Shown here: one piece after another, positions 1 through 10,189 of the stretch
How positions within the stretch are numbered: the first letter of the stretch is position 1
How the letters are laid out: every line of letters begins with the position of its first letter
From: an uncultured virus (IMG/VR IMGVR_UViG_3300018421_000009)
Lineage: Duplodnaviria; Heunggongvirae; Uroviricota; Caudoviricetes
DNA: 64,000 nt
Direction: 5' to 3' (one strand)
Virus record (IMG/VR): IMGVR_UViG_3300018421_000009
The notes under the pieces: model-generated
Database searches by the model: none
What the model was told of the DNA's origin: nothing
The model's input: the letters and a program-made list of their open reading frames with translations, nothing else
Program-made: the position numbers and the translations under genes

Positions 1-365
1 GCAGGCCACACATCTGTTAAAAACTTTTTAGTTACAGGGCATTGTTCTGCTACCCAAGTCCAGTCCAACTGTTTGATAGTTTCAGCACGATCGCCATAAC
101 TGTTTAGTGTTTGTGTATCTTCACTAAGTCCGTGTAGTGTAAGACTCTTCCAACCTTCTCCATAGTCAGTTCTGTGATCTTTAAAATATTCAAGTAACGC
201 TTCTGCCTCAATGTGCATCTCTTTCCAAGGTTGATTGTCTAATGCACTTAATTTAAAAAAAGGCCAGCCACTTTCCATTACAATCCATTTAGGATCGAAC
301 TGCTCTGGATACTTAAATTCGTATTCCTTGTTATTTTCTTGCCAGTACTGCTCTAGTTCTTTCAA
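1..365 (-). CDS. Partial ORF running off the left edge; probable Asp/Asn-beta-hydroxylase-like 2OG-Fe(II) oxygenase
   Basis: Not in the ORF track. Manual translation from TTG at 365 (GGAGG SD at 373-377, overlapping the TGA of the upstream gene) gives MKELEQYWQENNKEYEFKYPEQFDPKWIVMESGWPFFKL...GEGWKSLTLHGL...WTWVAEQCPVTKKFL, open to position 1. The W-x-S-L-x-L-H-G...CPVT pattern resembles the N-terminal part of AspH-like hydroxylases. The catalytic HxD lies outside the window. Confidence 0.6.
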   Translation of the reverse strand, partial: MKELEQYWQENNKEYEFKYPEQFDPKWIVMESGWPFFKLSALDNQPWKEMHIEAEALLEYFKDHRTDYGEGWKSLTLHGLSEDTQTLNSYGDRAETIKQLDWTWVAEQCPVTKKFLTDVWP

Positions 366-1141
366 AGCACTACCTCCATATTACACATTTTAACAATAGC
401 ATCTGTATGTGGTTTGCTTTGTAAATGACTGCGATTAATACCGCTACGATTAAATGTACCGTGGGGTACTGCGGCATTAATAATATATGCTTTACCTAAC
501 TGTAAATTATATTCTCTTTCTAGATTTTCTCCGTATGCAAATATAGCACCTTCGCCGGTTGTTACAGGAATATGTAATCGCTGTACGTTAGGACCGTCAA
601 TGTGTTTTCCTAATACTGCATCTGGTTGATGTTTTCTAATACTAACATCACGCAAAATATCCTCTCCAAAGTAATCTACTAGTTCTTTAAAATATCCAAA
701 CTTAAATTTTTCTTGTACACGTTTAGGTGCGTCAGTAGCAAGTTCAGGATATAGGTCTTCTCTGCCTGCCCATTTAGGAGGACAAGGAATATCTTTTTCA
801 ACAGGCCAACTAACTTCCATTACAAGTATTTCTTCTGGGTGTTCAAACTGTTCTTTAATGTAACGCACAATATGATAACCTTCGTCATGAACGCCTCTAC
901 CTTCTGCACCTACTTCTCCAGCAAATGCTGTTTCGATGTTTTTTAAATGATATTTGTCTTTAAGGTATTGTTCTTTACGCCAACTAAAATACAAGTTGTC
1001 ATATGTACTGTCTACTTGATTGTACCACTCTTGTAGTTTATCTATGTCTAGTTTCCAAGGTAGTTCAATAATGTCATATTCCAACCCATCTATAAAGTGT
1101 GGTGTAATTAGTTTCGGATCGTAATTTGATATGTACTTCAT
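362..1141 (-). CDS. 2OG-Fe(II) oxygenase / Asp-beta-hydroxylase-like cupin
   Basis: HID...RLHIPV...YIINAAVPHGTFN...RSHL gives an HxD...H iron triad plus a distal Arg. Confidence 0.75.
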   Translation of the reverse strand: MKYISNYDPKLITPHFIDGLEYDIIELPWKLDIDKLQEWYNQVDSTYDNLYFSWRKEQYLKDKYHLKNIETAFAGEVGAEGRGVHDEGYHIVRYIKEQFEHPEEILVMEVSWPVEKDIPCPPKWAGREDLYPELATDAPKRVQEKFKFGYFKELVDYFGEDILRDVSIRKHQPDAVLGKHIDGPNVQRLHIPVTTGEGAIFAYGENLEREYNLQLGKAYIINAAVPHGTFNRSGINRSHLQSKPHTDAIVKMCNMEVVL

Positions 1142-1151
1142 ATTGTACCCA

Positions 1152-1159
1152 TATTTATC
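1152..1159 (-). promoter_or_regulatory. Putative T4-like late promoter (GATAAATA)
   Basis: Reads GATAAATA on the minus strand, 10 nt upstream of the ATG at 1141. Confidence 0.5.
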
Positions 1160-2453
1160 AGCGATGATTTTGGCAATACTTATACCACGTCTCTAGTTCG
1201 GGGAATGTTTTTACTAGATCTAGATTACGTCTTATCTTTGTACGTTCTACCCATTTAACAACTTCAATCTTATCCGAGTTTGAATGTTTTCCAAAACTCT
1301 TTTTAATTGCTTTCATAAAGTCGGCATAGTAATTCCATTCAGGTGCGTTTTTGTTAATCCATTTAACAATATCATCAATGTAAGGTTTAAACTCTTTTGT
1401 TAGCATCCAAGGTGCTAGGTGTACCGGATATGAAACATTGCTTCTAATTAAATCAACATCACACCCTGTTTGTTCTTTTAACTGCTTTAACCATTGTAAA
1501 AAGTCTAAGCAACTTGTAATACTTAATGCACTGTGAGTTGTACTAAAACGTAGTCTAAAGTCTTTGCCTTCTGCAAACTCCATAATACGTTTTACATTAT
1601 TAGCAAACCTATCCCAGTTTAACCCAGTGCGAATAAATTCTGCTTTCTCTCCGTAACTTTCCATACTAATGTCCATTTGTACACTAGCATATTTTTCTAA
1701 CTCAGTAACCTTTTCAAACCACTTGTTTAGATATGCTTCCGGAGTATTGCCGTTACTAATTAAAATAATAACAGGTTTAATATTAAACTTGTTTGATTTC
1801 TTTTTAAACAATTCAATTAGTCTATCAAGATAATCATATAATTCATTTTGTATTAAAGGCTCTCCACCTAAAATATAATATTGTAGTACATTGTCAACAG
1901 CATCATCTAACCATTCATAAAAAGTATCTGCAAAGCCTTCCGGTGCTGTGTGCTTTTGTCTTGGTGTTTCTTCAAACTTGCGATTTTCAACTTCCCACTG
2001 ACTGCTGAATACATCATTACAGTATTGGCACTTTAAGTCGCAGGTGTTGTTAAAATAAACTTCAAGTTGACTAGGTAATGGCTCTAGCATATCTGCAGGA
2101 TTTTCAAAACGACCACGATGAAACTCAAAATACTTGCTAGGCAATCTTGGACTTCTTACTCCGCGTTTTTCGTTGCGCCAACAAGCACTACAATCTTTAT
2201 GTCTTATGTTATCTAGTTTTTCTTGTCTACGCTCTAGTTCGTATGGGTGTTTCATAAACACATCTTTGCCATACTTGTCTAGTTCTTCTTGTGTGATAAA
2301 ACGTTGCGGCACGTTATGACAATTCTTTACAATGCCTTCATTAAGGTGTACATAACAATGAATCCATTTCATTGCACACATAGCACTGTCGTCCATTACC
2401 TTGTCGCCAAGGTTGGCTTTCTTTATTGCTTCTGATAATGTTTCTTGTTTCAT
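1158..2453 (-). CDS. Radical SAM protein with N-terminal Cys-rich (twitch/SPASM-like) domain
   Basis: CDLKCQYC motif and GGEPL; N-terminal CAMKWIH..NCHN..CSACW. Start taken at ATG 2453 (MKQETL) rather than 2501, which overlaps the divergent gene. Confidence 0.9.
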   Translation of the reverse strand: MKQETLSEAIKKANLGDKVMDDSAMCAMKWIHCYVHLNEGIVKNCHNVPQRFITQEELDKYGKDVFMKHPYELERRQEKLDNIRHKDCSACWRNEKRGVRSPRLPSKYFEFHRGRFENPADMLEPLPSQLEVYFNNTCDLKCQYCNDVFSSQWEVENRKFEETPRQKHTAPEGFADTFYEWLDDAVDNVLQYYILGGEPLIQNELYDYLDRLIELFKKKSNKFNIKPVIILISNGNTPEAYLNKWFEKVTELEKYASVQMDISMESYGEKAEFIRTGLNWDRFANNVKRIMEFAEGKDFRLRFSTTHSALSITSCLDFLQWLKQLKEQTGCDVDLIRSNVSYPVHLAPWMLTKEFKPYIDDIVKWINKNAPEWNYYADFMKAIKKSFGKHSNSDKIEVVKWVERTKIRRNLDLVKTFPELETWYKYCQNHR

Positions 2454-2473
2454 AATTAAGTACGCACTTATTC

Positions 2474-2481
2474 TATAAATA
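2474..2481 (+). promoter_or_regulatory. T4-type late promoter TATAAATA
   Basis: Exact T4 late consensus 5 nt upstream of ATG 2487; no SD present. Confidence 0.75.
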
Positions 2482-2486
2482 TACTT

Positions 2487-3482
2487 ATGCCTTACTTGCA
2501 CCCAGACGAATTAGATACGATTGTAATTGATTTCACAAGTCATTGCAATTCAATGTGCGGAAATTGCAGTAGAAATCTAGACGGAGTTACAGTAAATCCT
2601 CGTATGCCTTTAGAGCATATGACACTAGACACTTGGTATAGTATCTTTACGCCAGATCTAAATATCAAAGAAGTTATCTTTAACGGTAGTTATGGTGATC
2701 CAATCTTTAATCCAAATTTAATTCCAGCACTAGAGCATCTAGCAAGTTACAAAAATCCACCCGTGGTTGTTATACACACAAACGGAGGATTAGGAACACA
2801 GTGGGCAGAACTAGCAACTGTATTACAATCTTTTCCTTTTGGTAGTCATGTTACATTTAGTATCGACGGATTAGAAGACACTAACCATTTATATCGCAGA
2901 GGAGTGTTATGGGATAAAGTAATGTCTAATGCTCGTACATTTATTGAAGCAGGTGGTATGGCTCGTTGGCGTATGTTGGTGTTTGAACACAACGCACACC
3001 AAATTGAACAGTGTGAACAACTAAGCATTGACATGGGTTTTAAATGTTTTGAAATTAATGGCGGACATACATTTAGTGCTATTAACAGTTTAACTAATAA
3101 AGCAATAGAAAGTTTTAAAGCAAACAAAAAAGAATCTGCACGTGAAATAAAATATGATTCAAAACATCTTGACAATGTAGAACGCATTAAAAACATTACA
3201 GACTTTTCTAAAACAACTGTTCAATGCAAATGGAAGGCAAAACGTAAAATACAAATTAGTCATATGGGCGAAGTATTTCCATGCTGTTATTTTTTAAGTG
3301 ATAGATATCCACGTAATCCGGACAGTCCTTATGCTGTAGACGTAGCAAGTATTGAATGGTTAAATGTAAAAGATTACAGTTTAGAAGAAATACTAAACAG
3401 CGAATGGTTTAGTAAGTATTTGCCTGAAAGTTGGAACAACGATAATAGATATGATATTTGTTCTAAGACTTGCGGTGTTTAG
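2487..3482 (+). CDS. Radical SAM protein with C-terminal twitch/SPASM-like domain (GxxGDP subtype)
   Basis: CNSMCGNC, GSYGDP, HTNGG, FSIDG; C-terminal QC...GEVFPCC...CSKTC. Confidence 0.9.
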   Translation: MPYLHPDELDTIVIDFTSHCNSMCGNCSRNLDGVTVNPRMPLEHMTLDTWYSIFTPDLNIKEVIFNGSYGDPIFNPNLIPALEHLASYKNPPVVVIHTNGGLGTQWAELATVLQSFPFGSHVTFSIDGLEDTNHLYRRGVLWDKVMSNARTFIEAGGMARWRMLVFEHNAHQIEQCEQLSIDMGFKCFEINGGHTFSAINSLTNKAIESFKANKKESAREIKYDSKHLDNVERIKNITDFSKTTVQCKWKAKRKIQISHMGEVFPCCYFLSDRYPRNPDSPYAVDVASIEWLNVKDYSLEEILNSEWFSKYLPESWNNDNRYDICSKTCGV

Positions 3483-4434
3483 GAAGTAAGAAACCTACTT
3501 GACACATACATTTTTCTTTTTCGCACGTAACAGGTTTTATAACAGGTTTAAATTTTTCTGCTAGTTGCGGATCGTATAAATTATATTCTCCAGATTTAAA
3601 CCCTAAAATATTATTCCCGCACACACTTCCTATACTTCCGTCAAAGTTTATAAACACTGTATCAACACCTAAGTTACATCTCCAACCTTTAAAGTTATTT
3701 AAATTGTTTATTAGAACATAGTTTTTTGATACTTCTTGTGTACTACCATCTTCATATGTTAATAACACTGGAGGTTTAGATTTCTTAGGTTTAAAAATTT
3801 CGTCTTGCTTAGGATTTCTTTTACGTTGGTTTAGTAGATACTGCGACTGTTCATATGTTGTGTCTTGTGTTGTATTTCCTAATTTAATAGGTTTAACATT
3901 TACAGGAAAACTTGTTTCACTTTCTAACAATCTATCTACAATAGTTACACAAGTGTCCCAATCCTTTGTATCCATAAGCACATCACAAATAACATTGTTA
4001 TGTTTACTCCATAACATATCTGCTAATTTACTAACGTGTTCTACATCAATACGTTCGTGATGACAACTAATGTAAACAGTGTCAAACTCACCGCCATTTT
4101 TCTCCCACCATGATAAAGTTCTGCTACCGTTTGTACTTAAATGAAACGTACAGCCGAGGTTACGAAAGTGTTGTGTAAATTTAATTAACTCTGGCCATAG
4201 TGTAGGTTCTCCACCAATTAGGTCTATTTGAAATTCTGTTTTACCAATTTTTTTATAGCAGTTAATAATATGTTCTAAATTTTTAGTTGCTAACTCTAGA
4301 TCAGGCCAGCGATATGTGCCTTCATGACTGCCAGGGAAACAGTACCAACAGGCATAATTACAAGTGTTACCCATTTGATAATTAATATCAATCCTATTTT
4401 TTGGATGATGGTTTGTAAGTGAAGTTAACTGCAT
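3463..4434 (-). CDS. Radical SAM protein (CNYxCxYC-P subtype, C-terminal Cys cluster)
   Basis: CNYACWYC, GGEPT, STNGS; C-terminal GWRCNLG...VC...CEKEKCMC. Confidence 0.9.
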   Translation of the reverse strand: MQLTSLTNHHPKNRIDINYQMGNTCNYACWYCFPGSHEGTYRWPDLELATKNLEHIINCYKKIGKTEFQIDLIGGEPTLWPELIKFTQHFRNLGCTFHLSTNGSRTLSWWEKNGGEFDTVYISCHHERIDVEHVSKLADMLWSKHNNVICDVLMDTKDWDTCVTIVDRLLESETSFPVNVKPIKLGNTTQDTTYEQSQYLLNQRKRNPKQDEIFKPKKSKPPVLLTYEDGSTQEVSKNYVLINNLNNFKGWRCNLGVDTVFINFDGSIGSVCGNNILGFKSGEYNLYDPQLAEKFKPVIKPVTCEKEKCMCQVGFLLPKHRKS

Positions 4435-5301
4435 ATGGAATATTTATTGCCTGAAAAAGTATATTGGAATAAGCCTGGTATTACAGTAACATATTCTAAC
4501 GGCGAAGATTTGCTTCCGTTAACTTACATATTATATGATCACCACCCAGCACAGAAATTCTTGTATTTGCTACAAGAAAATATTAATAAACCACTAGTGC
4601 AAGAAACAAGTTTTGTACTAGATACAAAAGATGAAGAAGAATTAAAGCAAGAAATTGTAAATCTTACAACTAGTTTAAATATCGATCCAAACACTTCGTT
4701 AAATGATTTACACAAACTTGTAGAAAATACAAAGTCCTCAAACGAGGATTATGATAAGTTAAATCGACTTATTCATACATACGAACAGTTTTTAAGTAAT
4801 CAAGACTCTCCTCGCATTAATAGTTTTTTTAGATTTGACGGTGCTACTACATTACCAATTGAGAATGAAGATTTATTATATTTTAGAATGGATAGAAGTT
4901 TTGGTGACTTGTGCATGGGTTATAACACTCTAGGCAAACATTGGTTAGAGATTTGTGGTAGAGGTGAAAGTGATAGAATTAACGAGATAGTTACCCAACA
5001 GCATATCAACTGCGAGGGATATATGTTATATCGTTCTGCATACGAAACTCCATTCACAGTTACAAAACACTTTGTTGATTGGTATAAGAAAAATGTAAAC
5101 AAGCCAATTACATTAGATATGGCATTAGGTTACATCGTTGTAGGAAAATTAGTTATGCCTTTAGAATGGAATAACGTGTATAACTTAGATAGAGATATCT
5201 GGACAAGAATGTTAAGCAAATATAAAAATATCGTAAGTGTTGAACTAACAGAAATCACTAACAACGCAAATGAATTAATGCACAAGGCTCGTATGCTATG
5301 A
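4435..5301 (+). CDS. Hypothetical protein
   Basis: 288-aa ORF, translationally coupled (ATGA) to the next radical SAM gene; contains GDLCMGYNTLGKHW; no family recognised. Confidence 0.7.
   Translation: MEYLLPEKVYWNKPGITVTYSNGEDLLPLTYILYDHHPAQKFLYLLQENINKPLVQETSFVLDTKDEEELKQEIVNLTTSLNIDPNTSLNDLHKLVENTKSSNEDYDKLNRLIHTYEQFLSNQDSPRINSFFRFDGATTLPIENEDLLYFRMDRSFGDLCMGYNTLGKHWLEICGRGESDRINEIVTQQHINCEGYMLYRSAYETPFTVTKHFVDWYKKNVNKPITLDMALGYIVVGKLVMPLEWNNVYNLDRDIWTRMLSKYKNIVSVELTEITNNANELMHKARML
4441..4448 (-). promoter_or_regulatory. Putative late promoter (AATAAATA) lying inside the divergent gene
   Basis: AATAAATA on the minus strand, 6 nt upstream of ATG 4434, within the first codons of the plus-strand ORF. 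Confidence 0.5.
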
Positions 5302-6332
5302 GATGTAAACTTTTAGAAAGTCATGTATACATTGCGGCTAACGGTCAATATCGATTATGTTGTACTAGCAACGAACCCAACAATGTAGAAACTGTACACA
5401 CTCATACTCCACAAGAGTGGCTTAACAGTCAACCTGTTGTAAATGCTAAAGAACTTCTAGCAAAGGACGAATGGCCTGATGCTTGTATTACTTGTAAGCG
5501 ACACGAAGAAGCAGGAATACCTAGTAGACGACAACAAAAAGATTTTTACGGTCCTGATATAACACACTTAGATTTACGGTTTGGAAATAGTTGTAACTTT
5601 AAATGTATAAGTTGTCATAGTGGTGCAAGTAGTAGCATCGCAGAAGAAGCCGCAGAGATGGCTAAACAAAATTTAAATCCATATCATACTGTACTAGATG
5701 TAAAAAATTACAACTGGTATGATGAAAAATTTTTACACTACTTTGAAAACTTGCCACTAAAAGAAGTTTATCTTACAGGCGGCGAGCCTATGATGGTTAA
5801 ACACTTGCCTCAGTTTTTAGAAAGGCTAGACTCAAGTGTTACTATTCGTTTTAATACAAACGGAAGTTTATTCAATCCTCGTGTACAAGACTTGCTCAAA
5901 CGCTTTAACCGTGTTATAATGAGTGTAAGTATGGATGCTGTAGGAAAAAGAATTGAATACATTAGATACGGTGCGGATTGGAAAACTGTAGAAGAAAATA
6001 CATTGCGTTATAAAGATATGTATAAGACAGATATTGCTCCTTGTTTAAGTATATTAAACAGCGCCTACCATAATGAATTATTAGAATGGAGTGATAAGCA
6101 TAACTTACAGGTTTGGGAAAATTATCTTTCTCAACCTGATTGGTTACACGTTAAAAATGCTCCAGATAGTTTAAAAGAACAATTTAAAATTAACACAAAC
6201 TGGTTTAGTGAAACTGCTGATACAAATCAACAAAGAATTTTTGTTGAAGAAATTACAAAATTAGATAAATTTAGACGTGTAAATATTAAGGACTACTTAC
6301 CAGAAGTAGCACAGGCATATGGAATTAATTAA
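5298..6332 (+). CDS. Radical SAM protein with N-terminal twitch-like domain
   Basis: CNFKCISC, GGEPM, NTNGS; N-terminal C...YRLCC...CITC. Confidence 0.9.
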   Translation: MRCKLLESHVYIAANGQYRLCCTSNEPNNVETVHTHTPQEWLNSQPVVNAKELLAKDEWPDACITCKRHEEAGIPSRRQQKDFYGPDITHLDLRFGNSCNFKCISCHSGASSSIAEEAAEMAKQNLNPYHTVLDVKNYNWYDEKFLHYFENLPLKEVYLTGGEPMMVKHLPQFLERLDSSVTIRFNTNGSLFNPRVQDLLKRFNRVIMSVSMDAVGKRIEYIRYGADWKTVEENTLRYKDMYKTDIAPCLSILNSAYHNELLEWSDKHNLQVWENYLSQPDWLHVKNAPDSLKEQFKINTNWFSETADTNQQRIFVEEITKLDKFRRVNIKDYLPEVAQAYGIN

Positions 6333-6774
6333 AGTTAATAAAGAAAAAGCACGTAGGGTTTACAAACTTGATAATTGCTATAAAAAAGTTTGGCACTACC
6401 TTGACGAAGAGTGGTTAGAATGGCACGTTGATGTTCTAGATGAATTAGTACCTGGATACGTACAATCACATGGCATTGAAGATGGAAATATGTATATTTG
6501 CTTTAATATTATTCCAGGTAAACCTGCAAGTGAGTTTGAACATACTCCAGAATTTGTAGATAAGATTTATAACTTCTGTGTTAGCAACATAAACGAAACT
6601 AGTCCATATGCACACGGAGATTGGGTGCTAAGTAATATTATTATCGACGGTGATAAAATATCTATGTGTGATTGGGATAACGTTGGCATATATAATCCTG
6701 AAGAAGTTTTAGAAAAACTAGATAAAGATTTAAAAAGTGCCTTTGGAGAAAAGATTGACACCACAAGCATTTAG
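6319..6774 (+). CDS. Small kinase/phosphotransferase (APH/protein-kinase-like fold)
   Basis: HGDWVLSNIII...CDWD matches the HGDxxxxN catalytic loop and Dx[D/E] metal-binding motif; only 151 aa. Confidence 0.7.
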   Translation: MELIKVNKEKARRVYKLDNCYKKVWHYLDEEWLEWHVDVLDELVPGYVQSHGIEDGNMYICFNIIPGKPASEFEHTPEFVDKIYNFCVSNINETSPYAHGDWVLSNIIIDGDKISMCDWDNVGIYNPEEVLEKLDKDLKSAFGEKIDTTSI

Positions 6775-7978
6775 TTATGCTACAGTAGGTAGCAACGGAA
6801 TGATATACGTTCCTCCTTACGGCCTTACAGAATCTCTTGACTATATGCTCAAGATGGATCCACGCACATATCGTATAGAAAAAATTAAACTAGATGTAGA
6901 TGATTCCACAGAAAAATGGCAGAAAGGTATTGTACATCGTGACAAGATCTATTTCTTGCCCTATAACGAAAGTCGTATCCTAATTGTAGATACCAAAGAC
7001 GACAGTGTTGATTATGTTGATTTAAGAATAAAAGGACGAGGCAAGTATGTACAAGGACACGTTTACGGTGATAGAATTATTGCTATTCCTTACGGAGAAC
7101 ACGAACCGTTTACCTATGTACTAGACTTTAATATGAAGTCACATAATTTTAAATTAATGGGTTTAGATATTCCTGTTACTGATACTAAAATGTGGCACAC
7201 TACACAAATGGTAGATGGTATTATTTACGGAATGCCCCGAGGTGAAAATCACGACACATTCTTTCCTTATAGAATAGAATATGATTGTTTTGACAGCAGT
7301 TATAAATTAATTGATATGAGTTCTTGGTGGGTAGACTACGATGAAGATCGAACCTGTAATAAAAAGTTTACCACACTAGCAAAAGTGGGGAACAAATTAT
7401 ATGCACCACCATATAGCGAAAGTCCTGTGTTTGACATCCTAGCAAAGTTTGACGGAAAAGGTTGGCAAGGTGTAAAAACAAAACAACAACAAACTAGTAG
7501 AAAATACTACTCACATACTGTTGCAAGAAACGGAAAAGTTTATTTTCCTCCAGCAGGCCACGATGAAGATTGGAGTGAGATGCTGGTTATTAACAGTGTT
7601 ACAGATGAGTGGTATATTAAAAATTTAGATATAGGAAAAGAAAGCAAGAAATATTTTACTGGCTTAGAAAATAGTCAAGGAAAAATCTATTATATTCCAA
7701 GAGGTGGATGTGTTTGTGAGCCCGAAGATACTTGGAAAAGTCAAGGTGATCTAGCAGAAGTATTAGTTGTCAATACCAGTGACGATAGCACGTACACTAT
7801 AGACATCAGTGACTATTTTAAAGACAGCACAACTATAGAAAAGTATAATGATTGTGTAATGATACAAGACACAATGTTTGCATTTCCATATGGTGAAAGC
7901 GAAACATTTCAAACAGTACTAGTATTTGATACAATATCCGGTACTGTATTAAACACGATAGATTTAAACAATGTATAA
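6755..7978 (+). CDS. Beta-propeller-like repeat protein
   Basis: Repeated G/DKIYxxP[Y/R]G units about 50 aa apart (GMIYVPPYG, DKIYFLPYN, GIIYGMPRG, KLYAPPYS, GKVYFPPAG, GKIYYIPRG). Start placed at TTG 6755 after GGAG; the ORF track starts at 6737. Confidence 0.7.
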   Translation: MTPQAFSYATVGSNGMIYVPPYGLTESLDYMLKMDPRTYRIEKIKLDVDDSTEKWQKGIVHRDKIYFLPYNESRILIVDTKDDSVDYVDLRIKGRGKYVQGHVYGDRIIAIPYGEHEPFTYVLDFNMKSHNFKLMGLDIPVTDTKMWHTTQMVDGIIYGMPRGENHDTFFPYRIEYDCFDSSYKLIDMSSWWVDYDEDRTCNKKFTTLAKVGNKLYAPPYSESPVFDILAKFDGKGWQGVKTKQQQTSRKYYSHTVARNGKVYFPPAGHDEDWSEMLVINSVTDEWYIKNLDIGKESKKYFTGLENSQGKIYYIPRGGCVCEPEDTWKSQGDLAEVLVVNTSDDSTYTIDISDYFKDSTTIEKYNDCVMIQDTMFAFPYGESETFQTVLVFDTISGTVLNTIDLNNV

Positions 7979-9107
7979 AGCATTTGAAGAATTTTATAAC
8001 GAAGCACGTATTAGACACCTTGTACTAGAAGTAAACAAGGACGAATTAATTAGTCCGCCTTTTGGTACTAGAAACAACGAAGAATATGATATGTGTGCGT
8101 TCTACAAAGACTACACCAGTCTTATTCCTTTAGATAACGTGCCACCTGCAACTAGTAAATTTAATGCTGTAGGAGTTACTGACGACAGCGTATGGCTTAT
8201 TCCATATGGCATTTACGATGACCTAAATGTTGTTGTACAACTAAAAGATAAAAAGCCAATATACCATACACTAGATAAAACAGGTAAGGGACAATTCTAT
8301 AGTGTTGCTAGTCACGGTAACACTGCTTGTAGTTTTCCTCTAGGCTACGAAGATACACAATTCTTAATTTATATCAAAGACAATAAAGTTAAAACCGTTG
8401 AAGTAGATACAAACGAAAAGAAAGCACATATGGGTACTGTGTATTGTAACGGAAGTTATTACAGTATGCCAAGAGGTGAAAGTGTTCACTATTCAAACAT
8501 ACTAGAGTTTGATGGCAAGAAAGTAATTAAGCACAAACTAGACCTACCAGAAGTATCACGCAAATACACTGATGCTGTTGTTGTAGGTGATAAACTTTTT
8601 AGTTTACCGTTCGGAGAAACTCCAGGACTAAACGAAGTAATTGAGTTTGATACAAAAACAAAAGGATGCCAACTACATAAATTAAATGTTGACGACTTTG
8701 CTAAAAAATATAATGCACAAGTACTAGTTGACGATGTTATTATTGGATTACCATACGGAACAGAACATGGAGAAAGTAATAAAGGTGTAGTGTTTAATAC
8801 TGTTACTAAAGAAAGTTTTCAATTTAGTATAAAAGAAACTTACGGTGGTAAGTTTAGATATCGTAGCGGTATTGCTTTTAAAGGCTATGCTTATTTCTTA
8901 CCAGCAGGAACTCCTGGATGTTCTTTATATAAAGTAGACCCTAACGGAATATGGATTTCAAAAACATATCCAGATAATTTAATGTTTGGGCGTCCTGTAA
9001 TTTACAAAGACAAAATACACACAATCGTTTATAATACACACGATGATAGTTCAACACTAGTTACTGTTAACGATTGGTTGGACATAGAAACGGTGGCTGT
9101 ACTATGA
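7971..9107 (+). CDS. Beta-propeller-like repeat protein, paralog of the upstream gene
   Basis: Same repeat type: WLIPYG, SFPLG, YYSMPRG, KLFSLPFG, IIGLPYG, YFLPAG. Confidence 0.7.
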   Translation: MYKAFEEFYNEARIRHLVLEVNKDELISPPFGTRNNEEYDMCAFYKDYTSLIPLDNVPPATSKFNAVGVTDDSVWLIPYGIYDDLNVVVQLKDKKPIYHTLDKTGKGQFYSVASHGNTACSFPLGYEDTQFLIYIKDNKVKTVEVDTNEKKAHMGTVYCNGSYYSMPRGESVHYSNILEFDGKKVIKHKLDLPEVSRKYTDAVVVGDKLFSLPFGETPGLNEVIEFDTKTKGCQLHKLNVDDFAKKYNAQVLVDDVIIGLPYGTEHGESNKGVVFNTVTKESFQFSIKETYGGKFRYRSGIAFKGYAYFLPAGTPGCSLYKVDPNGIWISKTYPDNLMFGRPVIYKDKIHTIVYNTHDDSSTLVTVNDWLDIETVAVL

Positions 9108-10189
9108 ACTGTTACGCTCCTTGGCACGCCTTAAGTATACGTTTCAACGGTGATGTTGTTCCTGACTGTGTTTATGAAGGAAGACACGGCAACTTGCTCA
9201 AAGACGACTTACCAACTATTCTACGCCACCCTGGATTAAACACAACTAAAAGAATTATTGCCTCAGGCGATTACCCTAGTAATTGTATACAATGTACAGC
9301 AAAAGAATGTGTCAATGGACACAGTAGACGTAAATTTTTTGAACAAGTTCTTAACCCTATGCTTAAACCAGAAAGCAAAGGCAAAGACGACATTTACTTT
9401 TTAGAATTTAATATGAGCAATGTTTGTAATTTAAAATGTCGTATGTGTAGTGGTGTAAACTCAACTGCTTGGATTAAAGAAGATTTAAAATTACAAGAAC
9501 TTGGCATTCCTCGTCCTATACACGAACCCGACTTTGGATATAGAAATCTATCACCTGACATTGTAGATAGATTGTTTGAATACCCCGAATATTTTAAAAA
9601 CTTGCAGTATGTTAATATTAAAGGTGGCGAACCTTATATGGAACCTGCTAATAAACAAATTATGCAGAAACTAATTGATTTAGATCTTGCTAAAAATATT
9701 ACACTTGATATTAGTACAAATGGCACTGTTATTGATTTAGAGTTTGACGAACTAGCACAACAGTTTAAAGAAACTAAATGGCATATTAGTATTGAAGGAG
9801 TGGGAAAACTATACGAATATATTCGTGGTGGTGCTAACTTTACATTTGAACAGTTTGAAGAAAATCTAAAACACTTTGATAAAATGGATCGTGTTATTTT
9901 TGCTGGAACTGTAATGACTTATAATGTTTGTCACTTAAACGAAATTCGCAGTTGGTTTGAAAGTGTACGCAAAGACAATTATGAATTATATCTTAACAAT
10001 GTAGTTACAACACCTGCATATCTAAATCCAAGAATACTTCCAACATTTATTCTAGAAGGCACAGGTTATACAGAAGGATATGATCCCGAGAACTTAGATA
10101 AGTTTATTGAGTTTACTCTAGAACTTGATAAGTTAAGAGGTACAAACGTACTAGATGTTTGTCCTGAACTAGACACTCTCTTTTCTTAA
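9104..10189 (+). CDS. Radical SAM protein with N-terminal twitch-like domain
   Basis: CNLKCRMC, GGEPY, STNGT; N-terminal CYAPW..PDC..CIQC. Start at ATG 9104 (ATGA overlap with the upstream stop). Confidence 0.9.
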   Translation: MNCYAPWHALSIRFNGDVVPDCVYEGRHGNLLKDDLPTILRHPGLNTTKRIIASGDYPSNCIQCTAKECVNGHSRRKFFEQVLNPMLKPESKGKDDIYFLEFNMSNVCNLKCRMCSGVNSTAWIKEDLKLQELGIPRPIHEPDFGYRNLSPDIVDRLFEYPEYFKNLQYVNIKGGEPYMEPANKQIMQKLIDLDLAKNITLDISTNGTVIDLEFDELAQQFKETKWHISIEGVGKLYEYIRGGANFTFEQFEENLKHFDKMDRVIFAGTVMTYNVCHLNEIRSWFESVRKDNYELYLNNVVTTPAYLNPRILPTFILEGTGYTEGYDPENLDKFIEFTLELDKLRGTNVLDVCPELDTLFS

